From NCBI RefSeq assembly GCF_964355755.1, contig NC_092677.1, positions 6,594,101 to 6,658,100 of the forward strand: DNA of 64,000 bases, given 5' to 3'. The DNA comes from Antedon mediterranea. Taxonomy: Eukaryota; Animalia; Echinodermata. The notes below the pieces were generated by a model that was not told the DNA's origin, did no database searches, and saw nothing but the letters and a program-made list of their open reading frames with translations. The translations under genes were made by a program, and so were the position numbers. The stretch's first letter is position 1. Every line of letters starts with the position of its first letter. Positions 1 to 14,063 of the stretch are shown one piece after another.

Positions 1-361
1 CGCTCCAAATCAGTTTTGTCGGTGCTTAAAATTCTGTCTACATTATCGAAGTTGATGTGAAAAAAACATGTCCATATATAGGCACGATAACGTTATATCA
101 CTACCATTTTCAAACTAGGTTATCAGTGTAGACAGAGCTGCTTAAGATTCTACACTGGGACACTTTCCGCAAACTTTTGTTGGAAACTCTCAGTTTTCCA
201 TTCACATTTGGAGATCATAAGAATTCAAGCAGCCACAGACTGTTATTCAATTCTCAGGGTTCAAAAGCCTCAACAAATAGTTAGCCAACAAAGTGCGGCC
301 TAACTTCAACAAACGAGTTTTCTACAGTTTGCCGAAGTTTATCAACTGGTCTAAACTTTAG

Positions 362-798
362 CAAAGTTTGGAAAAACCCGTGTGGCCAAATTCGACAGAG
401 TTTGCTCAAGTTTGCAAACTAAATTTTGCTTTAGACTCTCAGGCTTTAGATTATTTGTTCATACGTAATTAGGGATAGTTTATCAGAACAATGTATCTAT
501 AATGTCATTCGACGCATGTTCGAACTTCTTCTTCTTCCTTATGTGCTACATTACATGATGTTATTAAAATTCTGTTCACAAAGTTTGGAAAAACTTGTGT
601 TGCCAAACCCGACAGAGTTTGCTCAAGTTTGCAAACTTGCTATACACTCTCAGGCTTTAGACTATTAATTTGTTCATACGTAGTATTAGGGATAGTTTAT
701 CAGAACAATGTATCTATAATGTCATTCGACGCATGTTCGAACTTCTTCCTCTTCCTTATGTGCTACATTACATGAGTTTATTAGTATTCTGTTCACAA
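362..798 (+). repeat. Tandem duplication of about 217 bp
   Basis: caaagtttggaaaaac...tctgttcac occurs at 362-578 and 579-798 with few differences. Confidence 0.9.
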
Positions 799-3284
799 GT
801 TATATATAATCACATCCGACATATTATAGTTCTTTGTATTCATTTGTCGTTCGATGTGTCAGTCTAAATTAAATCGAACATTTTACATATATTTATTTGT
901 TTCAGAGGTTAACTAAAGACGCTACCTATTATTATGGCTGCTTAATATGAGTAGTAGTCGGTAACGTAGTGAGGTTGTTCACGTTAGGATGCACTGTACT
1001 TAAAATGGTTATCATTCTGTTTAACATTAAACTGTGTATATATTCACGAAAGACCATAAATAAATAATAATGATTACAATTATTCAAAAATAAGCAGTCA
1101 AATATAAGCATTCAAATAGCTAATTACAACCTTTGGCAGAAACGAAGACTATAAGCATAGGGCTATTAGTATTAAGAGTTTCTTTATTTTTACAAATACA
1201 TTTTGCATGAAATTGTGTAGTAAAAGGAAACGTTGAAATGCATTAGAATGATCATGTGATATTTTAATAGTTTGAACTTAGCAAAGGTTTTAGTAACTAG
1301 TGTAGATATGCACCACAAACTCTCCAATCACTGCGGCGAACTCAGAGTTTGCAAACAATGGTTTGATTGTAGATTGAGTTAGTTAGTGATATTTGAACCC
1401 ACTTAACACGTGCAGTAGAGAACGTCTAAATATCGGCCTAACAATACCCTACTAATACCATTGGTCGTTTGAAGTTAAGGCTTAAAATATGGAATAACTT
1501 ACCAACTGAGCTAAAATATTCTTTAACAATTACTTCATTTAGAGCTAGAAATCGATTTAATTTATTTTCACAAACAAAACTTTTTTTAAATGTAAACGCG
1601 ACTCTACCGCTCACTATGTCGGTCGGTAAACACTAACTCAAATGTGAGCTCGCAGCTGCAGCCATGTATGTGTCCTTGTTCTTTTACCTGATTGTGAAAT
1701 CCTGTATAAATGTTGTTAAATAATGATACAAATAAATAAATACAACAGATTAGCGCCCCATTCACCATGCAAGTTAATACGATTGGTCATGATTTTGCGA
1801 AAGGAATGATATCCAAGTTGTCTTATTCTGTTAGTTTAAACATCTTCATTCATTAAACAAGAACACCCTTAGACATCGTTTTAACACGTTTACATGAGGC
1901 GGTAAGGATTGAAACATTTAGATGTTCCATAGAATTGCTCCCTTTTATGTCAGACTTCTGTTGGACTTTGTTTCCCGCATTGCATTAAAACATTTTTGCC
2001 ATGTTTAAAGCTACGAGTAGCTGCTATCAAACACATATCCTCAGTGGAAATAGCTAACTACAATTATAATTAGTGATCGAATACATTATCGCACTCTACA
2101 GCTTACTATGTCGGTCGGTCGGTTGGTCGGTCGCTAAACACTAACTCAAATTTGAGCACGCGACTGCAGCCATCTATATGGCCTTGTTATTTATATATGT
2201 ATAGATTTAATATTGAGTGATACACTTAATACAGATGCACAGGGTACATATGTTCTGTTCATGTTATTTGTCCAAAAAGAAATTCATGTTGACATACCAA
2301 TTTCTCATTAAAGGCAGATCAGTTTTTAAAAATACACAGGTGATAAAAAGCAATCAATATTGATGATGTTAACAGGAACAGAAATGCATTAGAACATTAG
2401 GAGATACCTTCGAGATTCAACAAGATGACCCCTAAATAAAGGTCGGCATCCTTATTACTTTAAAACATGGTCTCTTTTGCGTTATGAATAAATAAATTTA
2501 ATTATAGTGTCCCCTAGGAGTGTCATGAAAATGGGTGTCGCAAAGAAAGGGTATAATAGGCCTATTATACTCCATATATTTAAAAAATTGTTTAATATAC
2601 TGTAGGCCTAATAATATGCTTTCTTTAAATATGTATTGTCCCTTGAAACACAAAAAAATGAAGGTCAAAATATTCTAAATTTAAAGTGGCCATATCAAAG
2701 TAATATTAAAGTTATTCACTTTAAGTCGAAAATTTGAGCCAAAAACAACAAGTTTACGTAATTAACAGGTAAATTAGTTTGATTACATTTCATCTGGAAA
2801 ATCGTCACGAGCGAAAGTAAACAAAGATTTCAAACCATGAGTACGCATTATGCATATGCTAAATTAGGATTGTTTACAACTCGTCACGGTTAAGAAGGTA
2901 TTTTCACACAGATCATGTGGAAGTTTTATGATTATGCATACAGAGTAGCCAAACAAGCGCGTTTCATTATGGGATGTTTTGATTGAAAACTTTGACTGGA
3001 AGTCAAAGTTATTTTTTTAACAAAAAAACGTCTGTATTTCAGTTAAATTTTTTTTTTTTTTTACAACAAAATAATTGAGTCTATAGGGTCAAAGGCACTC
3101 AACCATAAGACACAATTTGTTACTAAATAATTACCTTGTATTGAGTACACATTGGATAAATAGAAATTCGTTAGTATTTACATTACAGTTATTGTTAGGC
3201 ATGATTATTAAGTCGGTCTACCTGGATCAGAGTTTCATTATAATAAAACATATATCTTGCTTTAGCCTTCCTCGCATCGCTACT

Positions 3285-3573
3285 TTATTCATGACGTTTG
3301 CGGCAGACGACAGTGACTGGCGCATGTCGCGATTGGCTGCCGTTTAATGCTTGTTTTGTTCTATTGTGTTAAGTGAGATAAAACTACACCGCAATAAAGA
3401 AGTATCATCACATTTAGCGAACGGACAGACTACGATGCTATCGTTTCCGCAGCTGCGGAATACTTTTGGAAAGCTTGAAGACTGACAATTTAAAATATTT
3501 TTTTGTCTTTTCGGAATACGAAATTTTAACGGACGTGAGTTCCAAGATTTTTCAGCGAGTTACGTCGGTATGT
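3285..3573 (+). promoter_or_regulatory. Possible promoter and non-coding first exon (perhaps of the GPCR)
   Basis: CpG-rich patch with a TGACG half-CRE and an inverted CCAAT (gattggc, ~3331), followed by a good donor cg|GTATGT at 3568. The link to the acceptor at 14019 is speculative. Confidence 0.25.
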
Positions 3574-3917
3574 ACAGTACGCTGTGTTTGTTTTATTACA
3601 TTGAAACGATACAAATATAAATTCTTAAATGTTTATTTTAAACAGAATGTCTAGTGTTCTTTTTTCCTTAACACATTTTTTTTAATAGTTTGGCTACTGT
3701 CGTCGTGTATATTTTATGCCGTTTTTATGTTTAGTTTAAGTTACATCATCTAATGTTGTTAACATTCGCTCTCATTCGAATCAAATATCAATAATCAATG
3801 ATACGAGAAAAAATGTTCTTCAATACAAAAATATATATATTTTTAAGCGATTTTTTCATCTTCGTTTCTATTTAGTATTTATTTTGTTAGCTTTCTTTTT
3901 TTATATATTGTTGATTG

Positions 3918-4150
3918 TTGTGTAGTTGTGATGCGTGGCTACCACTCCAAGGGTCCTGGGTTCAAGTCCCGTCAAATGTCAGAATTTAAGGACAAAATTA
4001 CAACTCTACTCCCCAAAGACTTGTAATAAGACTTTGTTTATGTAGAGCATCTTGTGTATATGTTTGTCTTGTGAACCTCTGAGGGTCTCTAATGATCAGC
4101 AATTGCTGGATGGATCCCCCTCATTAAATAGGTTTTAAACAAAAATAAAT
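3918..4150 (+). mobile_element. tRNA-derived SINE
   Basis: B-box-like gggttcaagtccc head, body aactctactccccaaagacttgtaataag...gcatcttgtgtatatgtttgtcttgtgaac and an A-rich tail. Inverted copy at ~33040-33232. Confidence 0.7.
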
Positions 4151-4496
4151 AAAATTCTGATTTCACATTGTACATCCTCACGGAGACCAAAATTATGCTA
4201 GCGCTGGATTCCAATAAAGATTTGGGTATAATTGTATGTAAATTAACCCACATATATTATTTTTCTATATTATATTCTATGAAGTATATATAATAACGAT
4301 TTTTCTACTGTCAGAATAATTTATTTAATTACAATCAATATATATTGTAGTACAATACACAAAGATGTACCGTTATAAATATATTCAAATTTTCTGTTTG
4401 CTGAATGAATTTTAGATACTAAATGAATTAGTTTTTCAGAGAGTTCAGTATTAATTGACTGGTAGATATTACCTATACTAAGTTTAATTAAATTGA

Positions 4497-6388
4497 CTAG
4501 ATGGTACGCTCGCTTCGCTCGCGTACCATCTAGGTCGTGCCCACAGATGGTTCTCGAATTCACAGTAATTTCAGCGTAACAAAACTGGCGATTTCAAATG
4601 TACTATTATATAATACATTGTCGTTTACAGAAACGAATAAATAGACACGATGATTTATGTAGTCAACTAAAATTAGCACCCTGGGAATTACTTTCGAAGG
4701 AGAAACTTATCACAAAATGAGTCCAAATTTTTGATTTGGACTCATTTAAAGAAACCCAATTTGTGTTTTGTATGTAACATTAGGGTTGAGGGATGGGAAA
4801 GCGGATAGGTACAAAGAGGAACAATTTTTTAAATATATTCTTTATCCACTCAGTAACGAAATATTTTGTTCATGTTTATAGGCCTATAAATAATATACCT
4901 CTAAATACAGTAAAACATTTGCGATTTAATACTTTGTTAAAACTGTCACTGTCATAATCGATTGAAATATTAAAGTACATGTCACGATACACCACTACGA
5001 CGTTTATATTATTGGTAATTATTAATTAATACAAACGTTGAGAAGGAACTGTCAGTATAAAGTTTATTTGTATATAATAATGTGTTTATATATCTAACAA
5101 TAGAGCTTAACCACAATCTCAGTAATAAAGTTTATTTGTATATATTTTTATATTACATCTAACAGTACAAAAATTCACAAGAAATGTTCGATTCAAATGA
5201 GGACCAAAAATAGTTAATAGGTATTTACAGTATTATTTATTGACTGGTATATCTTTATTCAAAAATGAAAACAACAAATTTACAAACAAAAAAATTCATA
5301 AAATATAGCAGCATATAGGGACGCATGCGTCCCAAGCTGAATTGCATTTCATGATAACATTAAAATAAGTGATTACAATTTAAAAAAAGAGAAAAAAAAG
5401 GATCGAAGGGCGCAACTCACAAATTAAATTCGTTGATTAAGTTAATCAAATAAGGTAGAGGACTGTTACTATGACGCACTGTATTACAATTGACATTGCG
5501 AATCCTGTCGGCATTGCGGGTGTTGTATTTGTGCACAACATTACCCCTGGAAGGAAGAAGTGAGAACAATTTAGACTGAGGATTCAAGATGGATTTGGCA
5601 AAGGCAATACATTGGTCCCGACGCCTGTGACTCAGACCATCCAGGCGCAACGTGACCAAAGCATCGTCATAACCAGTATAATTCATACCCAAAACAATTC
5701 TACAGGCACGTTTCTGGACCCGTTCGATTGCATTAATGTGATCAATTGTAAGACCACCATTCCAAATGGGTACCGCATATTCTAAAACTGGTCGTACCGC
5801 ACCTACATACACTATTGTCAAAGTATTGCAAGTTTATTCTCATATATTTACCTACCGTATGTGTTAAACCAAGGGCTCATAAATCTACCTACTTGTGTTA
5901 AACCAAACTCTGGCAGACTGAGAGATTGGGATGTTCCATTCATCGCAAATCAATACATTTGTATAATCGTATATTAAATCCATCAAAATAGTATTTTTTT
6001 TAAAGAAAATCGGCCTGTCTTCAACATTATGATGCTGTACTCTAGCTGTTCAACCAGTTTTCAGCTATTAAAAACAATTATCGTAGGAGATAGGAAAATG
6101 CGAAGCCTCCTCGCATTTTTGTGGCGGGTATTTTTCAAGATGGACATCCATTAGACAGTGTATACCACGATCGGAAAACACCCCTATTTGGGGCAAATCG
6201 TTGAACCTAAATTCGTTTTAATCGTCAATAACTAATTATCTAACTTAATTTAATTAGTAAACAGGGTTACATCAGGTGGTTAAAATCAGTACCGAAAGTA
6301 CGAACCAACTTTATATACCATCGAGTAAAAATTCTAGAAGTAAAGCTCGATTTACCGAATTTTGCCCTTACGTAAATTTATATATAGA
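4497..6388 (-). mobile_element. Non-autonomous Helitron, copy 1 (contains a LINE insertion)
   Basis: Minus strand begins A|TCTATATATA (6388) and ends with the hairpin atggtacgcgagcgaagcgagcgtaccat plus CTAG|T (4497). No TSD. Near-identical sequence lies at 19317-20334 and 22498-23940. Confidence 0.85.
5235..5821 (-). mobile_element. 5'-truncated LINE (L2/Crack/CR1 group) RT C-terminal fragment plus 3' UTR
   Basis: ORF 5417-5821 (VRPVLEYAVPIWNGGLT...IERVQKRACRIVLG...LSHRR) is typical of a LINE ORF2 C-terminus. The segment is absent from Helitron copy 2 and is flanked by agtatt on both sides (5229-5234, 5822-5827). Confidence 0.85.
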
Positions 6389-9150
6389 TTATTGAACCAG
6401 TCTTTATCAATTAGTTAAGATAACTAAGACTTAATAAACTCTGCTGTTTCTAATTAGACATTTTTAAGGCATTAATTCAATACTGCAGACCATAGACAAT
6501 AAAAAAAAGACTTATATGTTTACAATACAGTAAAGTTGAGTTTTAATTCGGTGCTGGATAGATACTCGACCGATTTCAGGGTCTTGCTTAAAAACAAGAA
6601 CAACTCCACTCCTAAAAACTTATGTACAGCATCTTGTGAATATTTGTCCTGATAACAGGATTGTCGCCTTTGAGAAAGACAGTAAAAGTAAATATAATTA
6701 CCGTTACTCTGGCATTAACCCTCAATACCCAGTTATTTTAAAGCTCTGTTTACACTATCAAACTCAATGTGACAAAAAGTGTGATGTGCCCATATATAAA
6801 CCTGATGATATCATATCACTACCATTTATTTTGGCATATTACTACCATATTTGGGAAATCACACTTTTTTCGTCAAACTAGTTGATAGTGTGGACAGGAC
6901 TTAAAGGTATGTTCCCCCCCCCCCCCTAAAAAATATTTTTGTTTTCTTTTTTTTTTAAATGCCATTTTAATTTCATAATAGTTATTCCCTTAGACCAAAA
7001 ATTGGATCGAAAAAAGTTGTTTACCTGAAAAAAGTTGTAGTTTAAAGCAAAAAATACTTTTTGTTTGTGGTTAAAGTTATACGTTTCTTTTGTCTCTTTA
7101 TAAGTGAAATAATTATTTTTTGAAGGTTTTTTTTTTACAGAAGTGAATAACTTCATTAAAACTGCAAAATGACCTATTTAAAGTCTGATTTCATGTTTTG
7201 GGGGACAATAAATCTTTAACATTTAAACATCGATAATCAGTGCGTACAGATACACTGTAAGAAAGTGGTATAGTTAATACAATAAAATTATTTATCATTT
7301 TATATCCTAAGTTGTGTTAATTATTAAAATACATAGAGTGTATAAAAATGCTAAAGAAGGCCTCAGTATCTAAACAGAAATTCTTAATATTTTTTATTCT
7401 TAACAGCTCACTATGTCGGTCGGTCGGTTGGTCGGTCGGTAAACACTAACTCAAATTTGAGCACGCATATAGCCTTGTTTTAGCAGTTCTTAATATGAAT
7501 AGCTAAGGCAATCTTAAATAAAACATTGTATATAGGGATAGTGTTTTTTTTTTAAATACCATATCAAATTCTTGTAACTAGAAATATTAAGATTTCCTAT
7601 TAGGAAATTTTTTTTCGATCCAGTTTTTGATTAAAGTGAATAACATTCAAATGGCATTTTAAAAATTATTTTTAGGGGGACCTCGACAACATATCTTTAA
7701 TATACTAAAAAAACTGATAATGTTACTTCTGTGATACTTTATGTATTTTGTAGTAATAATAAGATTATCGCTATAAATTACAAAGTGCAAGTGAATGTTA
7801 CGAGCAGATCTATGGCCCATAATGCCTGGCATAACGTAGTTTTGGTGACACACGGCCCTCCTAAAGACACAAACCGAATGTCTATATTAGAACGCTTCTC
7901 GTTGGATAGCAAAAGCCTTCCCCCGGATTATGCAGTATACAATCATTTTATTTTATGAATTTAGGCACATAAAGCCAAAAATTACCAATTGTAAATTAAT
8001 CACTGTCCTATCAGATAGGTGGTGATACCCATGAATCATCGCCTGCAATAATTGATTTCACCCGCAGAGAGCGAAAGCCGTAAAACATAGCCTAGGTCGT
8101 CTTAGGCCCATCGCTTATAGACAAACAATGAACTTTCGAATGTGAAAAGCAATCAAGCGTGACAGGAGGTGCACTGTGCTAGTATTATAACTAATTCCTA
8201 TTATACAATTACAACATATGTGCAGAATATCATATATTTCGCCTAGATACTGGACAAACAGTACAGTATGAAGTCTACTAGGCGTGAAATTAGTAAAATA
8301 TAAATTGCAATTCCTCAAGTGTTTACGTGGCGATTAAGGAGCATTACAAGTCCCATTACTCCATGCCTTACACTAAGTACCCTAGTTTCCTAGGATGTTG
8401 TTTATGCCCTTTCAAGTAGCATGTATAACTCATTTTGTCTGTAGCCTAATTTCAAACGACTCTATTCTCGTTGAGTACGTATGGAATTACAGGACATTTC
8501 AGAAAGCGATTTAAAAAATGGGTTTTCGGTATAATTGTGTTAGAAATTTAAAGTAGTAGAGTGGTGTGGTGTAATCTCCCACATCAAAATAACGATTTAT
8601 TGTTTCACCGATTTAGCCTATTTCTTAACATAATGCTAAGGTGATAAACATTGGAACTATGTAGAACAGGCTGTTCTACATGGGGAGTGTTGTTACGTTG
8701 TAAACGTGTGTCCTGCGTCACATTGTCTTCAGAAAGCCGTATAACACATTTGGATAGTTGGGTAATTGTGTTTGACTAGCAATTTAATTAATGATTTACT
8801 GTTTCACTGTGTTGAATGGAGACTGCTATACTATATTATGATTTAGTAACACTTTTTTGCCAACTCTGACGTAATTGTAGTTATAACAAAAGTTTTATGT
8901 TACGTTGAACAAATTCTTACGTTTCAGTTTTCATTTTTTTTATTAGTTGTTTTCGTGTGTATTTAATTAAATTTTCTCTCGACCACCGCTGAGCTCAAAT
9001 CTGACGACTTATGTTACCTCTCACAGTAGCCTACAAAATACATAGACCCCTAGGCTATTATCCCCTTAAGAGTTTCCTTTGAATATGAATTGGCCGTAGT
9101 GGTAAAATGTATTATTTAACTCGTTCGCTTGACTAGAAAGTTTTCCGTAA

Positions 9151-9457
9151 AGTTGGTTCCCACTAGGACGCAACGTAAAGCGTGACGCAAGGAACGTAAA
9201 CGCAACGATAGCGAGTTTACCAATTACAAGCCACTGTTCGAATAATCCATCTCTTGTGATTGGTCAAATCACTTACGTTGCGTTACATCCTTGTGTTGCG
9301 TCGCTAGTGGGAACCAACCAAGCTTAAGGACGTAAACGCAACGTAAGTGTTTTGACCAATGACTAGCGACAGTTCAAATAATCCATCGCTTGTGATTGGT
9401 CAACTCACTTACGTTGCGTCTACGTCCTTGCGTTGCGTTCTAGTGGGAACCAAGCTT
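9151..9457. mobile_element. MITE family A (Harbinger-like, TIR agcttggttcccactag), one and a half tandem copies
   Basis: Fold-back structure ggttcccactag-gacgcaacg...accaat...attggt...cgttgcgtc-ctagtgggaacc with TAA/TTA flanks. Related copies at ~9829-9974, ~16645-16830, ~26575-26958, ~36430-36545 and ~50640-50936. Confidence 0.75.
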
Positions 9458-9828
9458 TAATAGTCATGTGCTTGTCCCAAAGCAGTAAAGTTATTGTAAT
9501 TGTATAGGACTACTGGTAATAGTATTGTTAATCTTGCTGTTTTGTTATTTATCATTTAACAAGCGCTCCGGTTTTTCCCAAACAATGTTGTTGCGATACA
9601 CATGCTAACCCGTTTATCTGGGAACATTAATTGCGTGTATTGTACTTCAGCTTAAATATTGAGCTTTAAAACAAATATCTTTTTATTATGTTAAATATCT
9701 TGTAATTATGTTGTCCACTAGGCGAATTTATTCGCACGATTCTTATAAAGTATTTAAAATGCACATGCGTATTCATATTTCAATCTACTTTTTGTGACGC
9801 AAAACATGCGCAACCAACTAGATTTCAT

Positions 9829-9974
9829 GCTTGGTTCTTCCCACCAGAGACGCAACACGAGGTGCTTGGACCAATCACAAGCGATGGATTATTCAACCTG
9901 TCTCTTGTCATTGGTCAACTTGCTTGCGTTGCGTCTACGTCCCTGCGTTGCGTCTCTAGTTGGAACCGAACTTT
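9829..9974. mobile_element. MITE family A copy
   Basis: gcttggttc...gacgcaac...accaatcacaagcgatggattatt...ttgcgtctctagttggaaccg matches 9151-9457 in inverted orientation. Confidence 0.7.
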
Positions 9975-12900
9975 AGGAATGTTAGATTTGCGATTATTTA
10001 TTGCCCAGTGAAAACCAGGCTTTATACTTGCGTAACCAATCCGAGCTCAGGAATGTTCGATTAAGCATTCTCCTAATGTAAAACAGGATTTCACCTTTTC
10101 ACAAGTACACCGATAACGCTATAATTTTAGTAGCTATGGTGAGTATCTGTCATTTCGTATAGTTCGTTCCACTTTCCATTATTATTTTGTAAATCTCATT
10201 CAAGTAGTTATTTATCATAAAGTTTCTTAATATCAGTGGTTCCCTGTGGTCTCTTTTTGTTTATGGTTTCTATCTACGCGGCATTGATGGGATAATTGAG
10301 ATCATGATAGCAATATTCCAAAAATTGCCAATCAGCAACAAATCAACTTGGAATGTTTTATTTTAGATGCAAGATGACAGGAAATAGTGTAGAATTAATA
10401 GTTGACAAATAGTGAATAGCAATATTTTTTACAGTATTTGGTACAATAAAACGCCTAATTATATCCTGTGTATGACGTGGCATTAATTATTGTGTCCCAT
10501 TCAACGGTCAAAGTTTTTTTAAATAATACTAATCAACGGTCATTTTTTGTGAACATTTTAAGATTATGACTTGAGAAACATAGGCAAGCTCCGTTATACA
10601 GCATCTCATGTAATTCACACCTGAACATCTGTCATTTAGATATTGTGCCGAAAATCGTCTTCATTCCATCGATTACAATTAATTTTTAATAAAAGATTTA
10701 ACCTACTACACAGTTGTTATAAATAAATTAGAGGTAATTCCTCGGAAATTTATTTTCTATTTTCTATTCATTAACAAAATTACTTTATGGCTCTTTTTAT
10801 GGAACAAAAGACAATGGACAAACAATAATGCAAATGATGTGAAATGTGTTATTCTCTAATGTTTTAGACAAATCAGCATGAATAATGCATGTTGTTCATT
10901 ATGTCTAAAGTAATATCAAATGTGAGCCATGATTGATTAAGAAACCGCATCATTGTATAATTAAATGGTTCTTTGTCGTCAATTGTAGGGCTATTATTAC
11001 AAACAACACCCAAATAATAGACATGGTGTCTATGCTATTATAAAGAATAGATGCAATACAATTATAATAATAACACTGCGCTTTCTAACAATATGTATTT
11101 ATTATATGTGTGTATGTATAAATCCAAAGGTAAATTACTGATAAATGGCAATTCTATGGCTGGATCTCAAGAGAGATATAAAAAAGCAAAAAGCGAAAAG
11201 CTAAATCTAAACGATAAATGTAAAACAGCCAGAAAAAAATAGAGCTTTCGGGAAATACTATACTGTAAGTGAGAATATGAAGCAGACAAGCGCTGCCTAA
11301 GTGTACTGGAATAAAATAAATAAAAACAAAGGAGGCACAGGCTGGTGACGTGAATAGAGGGTGGAGTAAGACAAGTAGAAAACAATGAAGACAGCTTAGT
11401 AGATATAGATTTATTTTTTTTTTATCTTTTATAAGTTCTTCCAACTTTTATTTCTTCAAAATAGCTCATGCAAAAAATATACAATTTGTTGCACAATATT
11501 TAGTGTACGGTACATCAATAATTTCAAATATGTTTTTTTATAACTTTTGGGGTAATTATACACGATAACGTATCTCGGAATTCTTTCTGAGAACATTATA
11601 TCGGAAATGTGTTATAATACAGTAAGCCTAAGTGCTTTATACTTCCGTAGGGATATAAACACATCTATAAATGTAATTAACTAACCTGGTTTTTTTTATA
11701 ATAATATAGTAACGTCTTCCACTGTGTTAATATAAACCGTCTCCAAAATAAAAAAAAAAATGTAAAGTAGACTTTGATTAATCGAGTGGAATAACTATTT
11801 GGCAGAAAACTTATTATTGGACATGAGTTGCACATTAATTAACTTGAATACCTACTTTAGTGAGTGTATATCAGTTGACACCCGATTAAAGCGCTGATAA
11901 TGGTGACTTCTGTCTCATTAATAACGTAACTAATGGTACATCTTCTCAACCATCAGCCCAGAGATCTAAATGCACTAGTTCTTATATTTATGTTTAACTA
12001 CCATTGATTTTTAATCATAATTGTTATCAATTTAAAGGATCATGCCACAATTATTATACTGCAGTTACTGCATTAATTATGGTACATTTTTACTGAAATA
12101 TGCGTATGTTATACTGTTTCATCTGGGAATATCGGGTGCTGTATATGGAGCTGGGGTCCCGTTAGGCATTTTAAATCAGCACTGCTGACTCTTATGGTAT
12201 TGGCTTATGCCTTTCCTCTGGTCAAGGTGGGCACTGGACGAGAGAAGCCCTTGATCAATGTTAGGACCAATCAAGTTGCTTTAAACAGTCCTGGCTTTGT
12301 TTGTATCAAACCTGTTAGTGGCGGTAATTATCGCTGTTGGTTTCGATTGAATAAAATAAATTAAAAAATTCAGTACACGTTTACAAGCACTGTAGTGAGT
12401 GTGTATCGTATGATTTCCTAACAAAATCGATCTAAAACAGGTTCATAATAGTATACAAATGTATAATTCCTGCAGTAACTGCAGTAGGATAATTTTTACA
12501 TGATCAAATCGAAAACATCATTACTATGCTTTGAAGCACACACACCTAGGCTTTACTAATATTCAGTCTATAATCCTGATATACATTGACGTGAAAAGAA
12601 ATTGCCATTATCAAAATATAAGAAAGGTATTTAGGAAATTTAAATCGCTTTTAATCGCAGGCACGCGTCACCTCGTATAATCAAACAAATCCACCTTATT
12701 AGTAAATAATGTAGGCCTATTTAGTTTTTGCAACAATTTTAGAATTTAAGCTTGGTCCCACACAACCTCCAATCTACAACTGAATGAGACGTACGTCTCA
12801 TCATCAAAAGATGATATCGTCATCACCATCATCATAAACAACAGATTACGTAAATTACCAGGCTGCTTATAATATAAATTAGCTTATTCAAGAAATTGTA

Positions 12901-13209
12901 TAATCCTTTTTTTTTTTCATTAGGCCTATATACAATATGGACATTTTTTTTTAATATAACATACAAACAATATAACATTATTTTTCATTCTTACTTTTTA
13001 TGTCCCAACCGTTGCAACAGTACACTTAAGTGTGACCCTTCAACAGGCCTACTAATTCAATAAATGTATTCAGTTTGTTAAAGGTTAATGTTCAGCAGAC
13101 ATGATATTTGAGACAATCATACTGGATTCCGTAACATGTTTTATACATTAGAAAAACCTGTAGAAATGTCGTCATGTTTTATTTTCCTTTCTCCCATAAA
13201 ATCCGTTAA

Positions 13210-13549
13210 AGATGTATTGTCCCCCTGAAAAATAATTTTTAACATTTTTTTGTTGAATATGCCATTTTAAAGTCACATAATAGTTATCAACTTTGACCAA
13301 AAATTGGATCGAAAAAAAATGTATTTACCTGAAAAAACTGTAATTTAAAGCAAACATTGGTCAAATTGGCTGCCAGATAATGGTTTTTTTGTTGAATTTA
13401 ACCATTTACTGTATTGTGTTATTTTATAAGTAAAAACATTTTTATTTCCTACGAAAGTGATTAACTTTATAAAAACTTCAAAATAATATATTCAACGTCT
13501 GATTTAAATAATCTTCATTTTTCATGTCTTTATGGGACAATATACATCT
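13210..13549. mobile_element. Kolobok-like MITE, short subfamily
   Basis: Same TIR and TTAA flanks. Related copies at 6905-7215, ~13780-13860 (partial), 39644-39926, ~49551-49784 and 49964-50296. Confidence 0.75.
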
Positions 13550-14063
13550 TTAAAGGTAGTACATAATTATTATACGTACATTCAGAATATCACTTTCCAT
13601 CAATGGTATTGTTACGTGATTTGTACCAAAATATTTTATTGTTCGCGGAAGTTTATTAAACTATAAATTTCAATCACATTTAAACACTCGTTATGTTTTT
13701 AAACTTAACCTCAGTTTAAAATCGAACTCGAATCACATTCTAATTCAAAACAAATTTAAATGTATTCATCTCCCTTAAAGATGTACCGGTAGTGTCACCC
13801 TGAAAAAATAATTCTTTAAACATTTTTTGTTGAATATTCCATTTTAATGTAACATAATAGTGTATGGTGTGCAAACATAACTGTGTGTATGTTTGTTTTG
13901 TGAATGGTCAACCTGTACATAGGGAAATTTATTTATTAATAATATGTAATATGTGTAAATTAGCCTTTACTTTATTAACTATAATACTACTTAATTTATA
14001 ATATTATTTTATCTTTTAGGCTGATTTAATATAATAAATCGGTAAATACTGTTTGCAACAGCC

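Noticed and set aside
3918-3975. tRNA gene (also ~33170-33232 and ~56380-56450)
   Set aside because: Only degenerate A/B boxes, no cloverleaf, and the sequence continues into repeated SINE bodies.
4497-4533. Strong hairpin as a transcription terminator or ncRNA
   Set aside because: Explained as the Helitron 3' terminal hairpin, identical at 22498-22534.
8658-8682. 25-bp palindrome tatgtagaacaggctgttctacatg as another 7-bp-TSD scar
   Set aside because: Flanks ttggaac / gggagtg are not duplicated, so it was not counted.
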